Below are positions 57,027-64,000 of a stretch of DNA of 64,000 nucleotides, piece after piece (position 1 is the first letter of the stretch; every line of letters starts with the position of its first letter). The stretch covers positions 1 to 64,000 of IMG/VR virus record IMGVR_UViG_3300009163_000025; one strand, given 5' to 3'. The translations under genes and the position numbers were made by a program. This stretch comes from a virus. Below the pieces are notes generated by a model. That model saw nothing but the letters and a program-made list of their open reading frames with translations, had not been told where the DNA came from and did not search any database.

Positions 57027-57485
57027 ATATTTTTACCAATGCCTTATAACGCCTGCTACAATAAACAGATTCGTTATTATATAGCAAAGTACAATAGTTG
57101 TTCTAATAATTGCAACTTTATCCGATTCTTTATCACACTCACTAGATTTGTGTCCTAGTGCTTTTGCCCACAGTCGCCACATGGTTATTGAGTGCAAGTT
57201 CTTTCACGATAGATTCTTCCATCGGATTGCTGAATTTCTTTCCAATCAGTACACACTTGAGGTGACTGTTGAATTATAACGGGCTGTTGTTGTACATATA
57301 TTGGTTGCGGTTGAACATATATGGGTTGTTGTCTTGCAATTTCATATCCAATGACACCGCCGATGATTGTAGGTCCAATCCAACTGTATGGTCTAATTCC
57401 ATAGCCGTGATGACGGCCGTGATGATGTTGTGCAAATGCTGAAGCAGACACCATCAACAAAAATATAGTTAATAGTTTTTTCATG

Positions 57486-57956
57486 TTATTCACACCAAGA
57501 AGTTTTTGCTTCGCCGTAGTATTCACGGGCTAGCCCGTTTGCAATCAATGCTTGGCGTAAACTTTTTCCGTCTAAGATAACATCACCAAGAAGACGGCCA
57601 CCATACTTGTCCCAATCCATTACAATGACTTGGCGTTTCTTTGCAGAAGTAACTGCTTTTTTTGTGAATTCAGTAGCCTTTTGTCCCATCACATCTTCTT
57701 TTGGGCATTGCGCTCTGAATCCTTTTTCTGGTGTGTCAACACCAAAGACACGGATGCTCAATTCTTTTTTGAGTGGGTCTGGAAGCCAAGGCGCTTCAAC
57801 CGCAACAGTATCCCCGTCAATCACTCTAGTGATCACAGCGTCATACAAAACTCCTGGTTTTTGTTTTCCTGTTTGTGCGTGTGCATTCAATGCAGAAAAT
57901 GTAAATCCTGCAACAATCAATGCAAGAGCAAAAAATACATATGTTAATTGTTTCAT
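57486..57956 (-). CDS. Thermonuclease (SNase family), secreted
   Basis: RVIDGDT, IRVFGVDTPE, DKYGGRLLG, GLAR.Y. Confidence 0.9.
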   Translation of the reverse strand: MKQLTYVFFALALIVAGFTFSALNAHAQTGKQKPGVLYDAVITRVIDGDTVAVEAPWLPDPLKKELSIRVFGVDTPEKGFRAQCPKEDVMGQKATEFTKKAVTSAKKRQVIVMDWDKYGGRLLGDVILDGKSLRQALIANGLAREYYGEAKTSWCE

Positions 57957-58945
57957 GCCGCTTTACCCCATACGTCTGCCCAATCACCTTTTGTAGCACC
58001 CTTTGCATAATCGGTTGCTCTGTTCTCAAAGAAATTAGTATGCGTTGGCGCATTAATCATTTCTTCAACCCAAGGTAATGGATTTCTTTTAACTTTAAAA
58101 ATGCCTTTTAGTCCAAGACTGATAAGGCGCCTGTCTGCAATATAACGAATGTACTTCTTAACTTCTTCTGAGGTGAGTCCTTCCATCTCATTGATGCCGA
58201 ATGCCAAGTCAATAAACTTATCTTCAAGTTCAACCATTCTTTCTGCAATAGTATATATCTTTGATTTAAGTTCATCATTCCAAATTTCAGGGTTTTCTTC
58301 TATGTATGTACGAAATAGTTTAATCATACCTTCGCAATGTTGAGTTTCATCAACGATTGACCAAGTTACAATTTGCCCCATGCCTTTCATCTTACCTGTG
58401 CGTGGAAAATTCAAAAGCATAATGAATGAAGAGAACAACTGCATACCTTCCGTGAATGCTGAAAATACTGCAATATGTGTAGCAGTAGATTGCAAGTCAC
58501 CATTCTTATCTGAAATGTCTAACACATAATCGTGTTTGTCTTTCATTTCTTGATATGCTAAGAATTCGTTATATGTTGTATCTGGCAGACCCAATGTTTC
58601 AATAAGGTGTGAGTATGCGGCAACGTGCAATGCTTCTCTAGCGGCAAAGCCAAGCAACATCATACGTACTTCTGGTTGCTTGAAGTATGGCAGATAGTTT
58701 TTTACATAACCACCAGCAACGTCAATGTCACCTTGAGTAAAGAATCTAAAGATGTTTGTGAGAAAATGTTTCTCTTCTGCACTAAGTTTTTTCTTCCAAT
58801 CTTTTACGTCTTCAGCCATAGGCACTTCAGTATGCAACCAATGTGATTGTTCATGCTTAAGCCAAGCATCATAAGCCCAAGGATAGTTAAATGGTTTGAA
58901 ACTATTTCTGTCTTCTAACAAACTACTATTCTTCTTTTTAACCAT
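57953..58945 (-). CDS. nrdB: Ribonucleotide reductase class Ia beta subunit
   Basis: FFTQGD, REALH..AYS, EGMQLFSSF, DET.H, NFFE. Confidence 0.95.
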   Translation of the reverse strand: MVKKKNSSLLEDRNSFKPFNYPWAYDAWLKHEQSHWLHTEVPMAEDVKDWKKKLSAEEKHFLTNIFRFFTQGDIDVAGGYVKNYLPYFKQPEVRMMLLGFAAREALHVAAYSHLIETLGLPDTTYNEFLAYQEMKDKHDYVLDISDKNGDLQSTATHIAVFSAFTEGMQLFSSFIMLLNFPRTGKMKGMGQIVTWSIVDETQHCEGMIKLFRTYIEENPEIWNDELKSKIYTIAERMVELEDKFIDLAFGINEMEGLTSEEVKKYIRYIADRRLISLGLKGIFKVKRNPLPWVEEMINAPTHTNFFENRATDYAKGATKGDWADVWGKAA

Positions 58946-59183
58946 TTAAAAACTCCGTTAATTTTTCTTTTGTTTGCATACCAATAAGTCTTCCAACTTC
59001 AGTATTATTTTCGTCTAACTTGATCAGCGTTGGAACACCACGCACACCATAAAACATTGGTATGTCAGTAGATTGATCGATATCAATCACTTCAATTGGA
59101 ATATTTGTTTCGATATCAGCAAGTGTCATTGCTAATCCTTTGCATGGTTGACACCATGATGCTGTAAATCTAAGTACTTTCAT
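58938..59183 (-). CDS. Thioredoxin
   Basis: WCQPCK, GVPTL. Confidence 0.9.
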   Translation of the reverse strand: MKVLRFTASWCQPCKGLAMTLADIETNIPIEVIDIDQSTDIPMFYGVRGVPTLIKLDENNTEVGRLIGMQTKEKLTEFLNG

Positions 59184-59197
59184 TTTTTACCCTTAAG

Positions 59198-59917
59198 TTA
59201 TTTCCAGTATTTTGAATAATCAATATTATTCCAATACTTTTCATTATTACGATTCCAAAAATTCTTAATAAGATACCAAGTCATACCTGTATATCCCATT
59301 ATTTCAAATCTTCTACTATCTTGACCAAAATGATGATTCATTAATTTAAATTTTTTCGGATCATATTTTTTCGATAGAAAAAAATCTTCGCTTACTTTAT
59401 ACTTCTCAGAAAATCCATCAAATTCTCTAAATTTATCTGTTCTAGTTAACATGAAAGCACCAACAGCAAAAGGAACTTTATATTTCATAATACTGTTGAT
59501 TGTGTTAAACAATGTAAATCCAATTTGTGTTCTAACATTTCCATCATAGCATTTAATTTTTAATCCTATAAGATCCAAATTTTTTGATTCAATTGTATTG
59601 ACAGCATCTCGTATTGCATTATTCTTAAAGAAACGAACATCCGCATCGAGAAATAGTATATATGGTGTCGTAACTAACTTGGCACCACTATTCTTAGCAA
59701 ATGAAACTGTACCACCGTCAATAATTTCAACGTTCAACTCACCTTTCATCATTTGAATAACCCATCGTGTATTGTCCGTGGAACAATCGGCAATAATGAT
59801 TCTTGTATTTCCAATTTCTTGTAGACGCAAAGATTCTAATAAATGATGAATATAATTTTCTTCATTTTTACAAGGAACAACTATTGTAATTTTTTCTTCT
59901 ACGATACTTCTTGACAT
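59198..59917 (-). CDS. Glycosyltransferase family 2
   Basis: IVVPCKNEE, STDNT, FLDAD, SED. Confidence 0.9.
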   Translation of the reverse strand: MSRSIVEEKITIVVPCKNEENYIHHLLESLRLQEIGNTRIIIADCSTDNTRWVIQMMKGELNVEIIDGGTVSFAKNSGAKLVTTPYILFLDADVRFFKNNAIRDAVNTIESKNLDLIGLKIKCYDGNVRTQIGFTLFNTINSIMKYKVPFAVGAFMLTRTDKFREFDGFSEKYKVSEDFFLSKKYDPKKFKLMNHHFGQDSRRFEIMGYTGMTWYLIKNFWNRNNEKYWNNIDYSKYWK

Positions 59918-60678
59918 TTTGTTTGATCTTCTACAGTTACTATTTTTTCCCAATGAATAATTTCCCACGTACCATTCATGTTTTCAACCAATGCTGTACA
60001 AGATTCTACCCAATCACCATCATTCATATAAATGATTCCGTCTATTTCTTTTATTTCTGCATGATGTATATGTCCACATATAACACCATCATAACCACGC
60101 TTCTTACAGTAGCCCGCTAAATTCTTTTCGAACTGAAATATAAAATCTACTGCTTTTTTGACTTTGTGCTTAAGGAATTTACTAAGACTAAAGTACCCAA
60201 AACCAAAACGATGACGTATCCAATTGAACTTACTATTGAGCGATAAAATGAAATCATATGCTTTATCTCCTAAAAATGCTAGCCACGGTGCTAATCTTGT
60301 TATACCATCAAACAAGTCACCGTGAGTAACAAGATAATGTTTACCATCAATACCAATGTGTTCTATTTGATTGTGTATTTCTACTAAACCAAAACTAAAA
60401 CCATATGGTATCATCGGTCTTAGAAATTCATCATGGTTGCCCGCAATGTAAAGAACTCTAGTACCACGTTTAGCATGACCTAATACTCTACGAACAACAT
60501 TCGTATGACTTTGTTTCCATCGCCATTTGTTCTGTTGAATTCGCCACGCATCTATTATATCACCGACAAGATAAAGTGTATCACACTTATTATGTTTCAA
60601 AAAATTATTTAAAAAATCCGCTTTACAGTCATTCGTACCCAAATGCACATCACTAATGAATATGCTTTTGTATTTCAT
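59899..60678 (-). CDS. UDP-2,3-diacylglucosamine hydrolase (LpxH/YbbF-like) metallophosphoesterase
   Basis: ISDVHLG, GDIID, GNHDE, HGD.FD, CGHIH, NDGDWVES. Confidence 0.88.
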   Translation of the reverse strand: MKYKSIFISDVHLGTNDCKADFLNNFLKHNKCDTLYLVGDIIDAWRIQQNKWRWKQSHTNVVRRVLGHAKRGTRVLYIAGNHDEFLRPMIPYGFSFGLVEIHNQIEHIGIDGKHYLVTHGDLFDGITRLAPWLAFLGDKAYDFILSLNSKFNWIRHRFGFGYFSLSKFLKHKVKKAVDFIFQFEKNLAGYCKKRGYDGVICGHIHHAEIKEIDGIIYMNDGDWVESCTALVENMNGTWEIIHWEKIVTVEDQTKCQEVS

Positions 60679-60680
60679 TT

Positions 60681-62462
60681 TTAACCTTCACATGCAAGAC
60701 ACGCATCGCCATCAATAAGTGCTTTCATATCTAATTCTTTAATTACTTCACGTTCAATGCGTTTTGATACTTTGTCTGCTTTACCAATCTTTTCTGAACG
60801 GCAATAGTACAATGTCTTCAAGCCTTGTTTCCACGCTTGAAAGTGTACTGCATGTAAATATTTAATGTTTACATCAGGACGAAAAAACAAATTCAATGAT
60901 TGTGCTTGGTCAATATACTCTTGTCTATCTGCGGCATGATTGACTAACCAACGTTGGTCAATCTCCATAGATGTTTTGAATACATCTTTCTGCCAATCAT
61001 CTAAAATATCTAAGTGCTGTACGCTACCATCATTTGCGATAATACTAGACCAGACTGTTTGATATTCATCATCTGATTTTACTACACTCTTGATGATTCT
61101 GTCAAGCCACTTGTTCTTGGCTAATGATGACCCCGATAAAGTGTCCTGACGATAAGCATTAGCACGATAAGGTTCGATACTAGGGCTAGTATTTCCCATG
61201 ATGATAGACGAAGAAGCATTTGGAGCAACAGCCATAAGATGACTGAAACGTTGACCAGTGCCAACAGCATCAAGAGCCTCGCCTCGCTCTTTACCCAATT
61301 TAAGATTCGCATCATTGAGTTGTTCCCTTATGTGTTTGAAGATTTGTTTGTTTCTTCCGACTGCAAGTGCGGATTCGAACGGCACGTTATTTCGTTGTAG
61401 ATAAGCATGAAACCCAAGAGCGCCGATGCCAATACTGCGCTCACGTATGGCAGAGAACCTTGCACGTTCAACGGCGGCAGGAGCATTATCGATAAAATAC
61501 TGAAGAACATTATCAAGCATTTCTGCAATATCAGCAAGGAATAGAGGATCATTTTTCCACTCATCATAGTACTCCAAGTTAACTGAAGACAAACAACATA
61601 CTGCTGTTCTATCTTTATCTGTAGGCAAAATAATTTCAGAACAAAGATTACTTTGCTTAATACTTAGTCCCAAGTCTTTTTGAAACTGTGGCATAGCACG
61701 ATTGCTTGCGTCAATGAAGTGTAGATATGGTTCACCAGTCTGCATACGAATGTCAAGTATACGTTGCCACAAATCTTTAGCAGAAACAACTTCACGCAAT
61801 TCATTACTGTGTGGGTCTCTTAATTCCCAAGAATCATCTGCGTCTTTATCTTGCATACAATTCTCAACGATTTGCATGAATGAATCTGGAATGTTGATGC
61901 CGTGATGCAAGTTCAATGTACGTAAATTGGGATCGCCCGTAGGCTTTCTCATTTCAAGAAATAGAAGAATGTCTGGATGAGAAATATCAAGATAAGTAGC
62001 ATAGGAACCACGGCGAGTCCTACCTTGTCTATAAGCGAGAGATGATGCGTCATATGTGCGAAGGTGCGGCATGACTCCAACCGATTTATCATCCGAACTG
62101 CGAATGCCGACACCGATGCCGACACCACCACCCAACATCGATAACCAATTGACTTCAGCGAGGCAATTGACAAGCCCTTCTGCACTATCGTGTAGATATG
62201 GAAGAAAACATGAAATAGGGAGCCCACGACTACTGCGACCAAAAGAAAGAATGGGAGTAGAATAAGACAACCAATGCCTACTGCTGTATTCGTATAATCG
62301 CTGTGCGTGTTCTGGATTGGAACCAAACGCTTTTGATACATGTGCAAATCTTTCTTGTGGAGAAGTTTCATCTTCTCTCATATAACTTTCTTTTAATCGT
62401 TTAATTCCTAATTCATCAAACAATGAATCTCTACTATAATCGATTACGATTTCTTTTGTCAT
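60681..62462 (-). CDS. nrdA: Ribonucleotide reductase class Ia alpha subunit (no ATP cone)
   Basis: PISCF, QG.TRRG, SNLCSEI, APNASSS, KTLYY, C-terminal CLACEG. Confidence 0.95.
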   Translation of the reverse strand: MTKEIVIDYSRDSLFDELGIKRLKESYMREDETSPQERFAHVSKAFGSNPEHAQRLYEYSSRHWLSYSTPILSFGRSSRGLPISCFLPYLHDSAEGLVNCLAEVNWLSMLGGGVGIGVGIRSSDDKSVGVMPHLRTYDASSLAYRQGRTRRGSYATYLDISHPDILLFLEMRKPTGDPNLRTLNLHHGINIPDSFMQIVENCMQDKDADDSWELRDPHSNELREVVSAKDLWQRILDIRMQTGEPYLHFIDASNRAMPQFQKDLGLSIKQSNLCSEIILPTDKDRTAVCCLSSVNLEYYDEWKNDPLFLADIAEMLDNVLQYFIDNAPAAVERARFSAIRERSIGIGALGFHAYLQRNNVPFESALAVGRNKQIFKHIREQLNDANLKLGKERGEALDAVGTGQRFSHLMAVAPNASSSIIMGNTSPSIEPYRANAYRQDTLSGSSLAKNKWLDRIIKSVVKSDDEYQTVWSSIIANDGSVQHLDILDDWQKDVFKTSMEIDQRWLVNHAADRQEYIDQAQSLNLFFRPDVNIKYLHAVHFQAWKQGLKTLYYCRSEKIGKADKVSKRIEREVIKELDMKALIDGDACLACEG

Positions 62463-63170
62463 TCAATTTCCTTCTCTTATACTTTTAATTATTGGAAATA
62501 CATTTGCAATTACTTCTGCACATGCTCTTGCAATCTCTGCGTGTTCTTTTTGTGTTCCATTACCATCTCTCAAATCAATGTAGTGAATCCATGATCTAAG
62601 TGTACCATTCACATACAATCTTGATACAGTAAGTCCTTCTGGCAATACTGCTCTTGCTTGTTCTTTTGCAATACCATTCTTAATCGCCCACTCATATTCT
62701 TTTTTAACTGCGTATAGCACTCGCTTTTGAGAACGTTCCCAGTCATATGCTAATAGTCTTTGCTTTTCATCAGACATATCAAGTTCTACAGAATTCTGAC
62801 GATTCTTTGTATCCTGCATTCTCGCTTCACGCAAAACAAATGCGTTATCTAACTCTGCTGTTGGATCTGCGTATCGTTGACTAAATTCTTGAAACGAAAA
62901 ACTTCTATGTCTCAAGAGTTGTCTTGCAATGTCTCTTGTTGTCTCAACTTCAATACATGCGGAGACCATTTCCAGTGGACTCCAATGCTTGTGTTTGATG
63001 AGGTATTTGATGAGTCTTTCTGAAGTTTCAGAATTGACTTGATTGGAGGGATTAGAGACTCTTGCACAATATGCAACGAGGTCTTGTAAGTTTGGTAGTT
63101 CGAATTCAAATTCATCTTGTTTACTCGGATCGATTGCTTGTTGTGAATAACTTATTAATTTTACGCTCAT
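62463..63170 (-). CDS. thyX: Flavin-dependent thymidylate synthase
   Basis: HWSPLE, RQLLRHRSFSFQEFSQRY, AR.VLP. Confidence 0.95.
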   Translation of the reverse strand: MSVKLISYSQQAIDPSKQDEFEFELPNLQDLVAYCARVSNPSNQVNSETSERLIKYLIKHKHWSPLEMVSACIEVETTRDIARQLLRHRSFSFQEFSQRYADPTAELDNAFVLREARMQDTKNRQNSVELDMSDEKQRLLAYDWERSQKRVLYAVKKEYEWAIKNGIAKEQARAVLPEGLTVSRLYVNGTLRSWIHYIDLRDGNGTQKEHAEIARACAEVIANVFPIIKSIREGN

Positions 63171-64000
63171 CTTAACTTCCATATGTTGAATTCGAGTAAT
63201 GCTTTGGGACCAGAAAAAGTATTTTTATTTATTGTCTCAATGATTTCATCTTGAGTTTTATCTGCAAGAATCATCTCATTAATATCTTTTTCTTTGTATG
63301 ATTTAGGCCAAATACAGACGCTTGCGCCTGCATCAATTGCATCTCCAATTTCTTTTACGATTTCTTTATTTCTAGGTTCATTGTCATAGATAAGAACTAA
63401 CTTATCTTTAGGCAAATGATTTAATGCATACTTTAAATTAGAGTTTCCAACTGCGACTGCATTTGGAAGAAACAAACTATCAATAGGTCCTTCAGTAACA
63501 AAAATAGTCTGTGATCTATCTATCCCATTCATATTGTAAATCATAGGCAAATCATCTTTTATTTTCACTACAAGATATCTTTGTTTCTCACCACGCAATG
63601 CACGGCACGAAAGTCCAACTAGTTCGTTTTCACTATCATAAAAAGGCAATACAAGTCTAGGCTCATTCGTTACAATTTTATCATCATAGTTTGGTGAAAA
63701 TAACTTTAACTTTTGAACATCTTCAACATAGTATAAAGTCTTTAATTTATCATTTGGGATTTTTCTAGAACGTGCGTAAACAAGGGATTCATGATTCTCA
63801 TTAAATTTAATTATCGCAGTCAATACGCCTTTGAAGTTATCAGACTTATTACTACCGAATACGACAGGCTTAAAAATGAATCCGTGTTCTTTGTGTGCTT
63901 TGCGACCCGTGTCACCTTCTTTGTATCGTTCTAAACAATACTCTTTATATAAGTTGGGATCAATGGCTTTGATAAGATTTCCGAGTGACATACTAGCCGA
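63167..64000 (-). CDS. gp61: DNA primase gp61 (5'-truncated by window edge)
   Basis: Toprim EGPIDS, YDNEPRN, KDINEM. Confidence 0.93.
   Translation of the reverse strand, partial: SASMSLGNLIKAIDPNLYKEYCLERYKEGDTGRKAHKEHGFIFKPVVFGSNKSDNFKGVLTAIIKFNENHESLVYARSRKIPNDKLKTLYYVEDVQKLKLFSPNYDDKIVTNEPRLVLPFYDSENELVGLSCRALRGEKQRYLVVKIKDDLPMIYNMNGIDRSQTIFVTEGPIDSLFLPNAVAVGNSNLKYALNHLPKDKLVLIYDNEPRNKEIVKEIGDAIDAGASVCIWPKSYKEKDINEMILADKTQDEIIETINKNTFSGPKALLEFNIWKLR

Noticed and set aside
57953-63170. Group I introns or inteins in nrdB, nrdA or thyX
   Set aside because: All three ORFs are continuous, of normal length, and lack intein motifs.

Overview
A 64-kb piece of a T4-like (Tevenvirinae/cyanomyovirus-type) myophage genome. 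The tmRNA tag ANDSRFALAA suggests a betaproteobacterial host (inference). Left to right: the end of a tail/baseplate module (gp26, gp51, 3-TM holin-like protein, a 1452-aa tape-measure/hub-like protein with a lysozyme domain); gp32, gp59, gp33; a GDP-sugar/glycosylation cluster; a circularly permuted (two-piece) tmRNA; phoH/denV-like genes; a hypervariable early region with repeated sigma70 promoter cassettes; a 25-tRNA array interleaved with halogenase, 2OG-Fe(II) oxygenase and peptidase genes; rnh; a late lysis-type cluster; clpP; nrdB, trx, nrdA, thyX and the primase. Main finding: upstream of the tRNA array, an unannotated 37-codon ORF (37186-37073, minus strand), coupled to a mazG-like gene, contains all 20 amino acids within its first 29 codons. 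It is followed by mutually exclusive antiterminator and terminator hairpins. This looks like a pan-amino-acid ribosome-stalling attenuator that could switch on a complete, non-redundant 25-tRNA set when any host tRNA becomes limiting. The array leader also has an rrn-like boxB/boxA, and two unidentified structured RNAs sit among the tRNAs. Everything was read by eye; no database searches were run.
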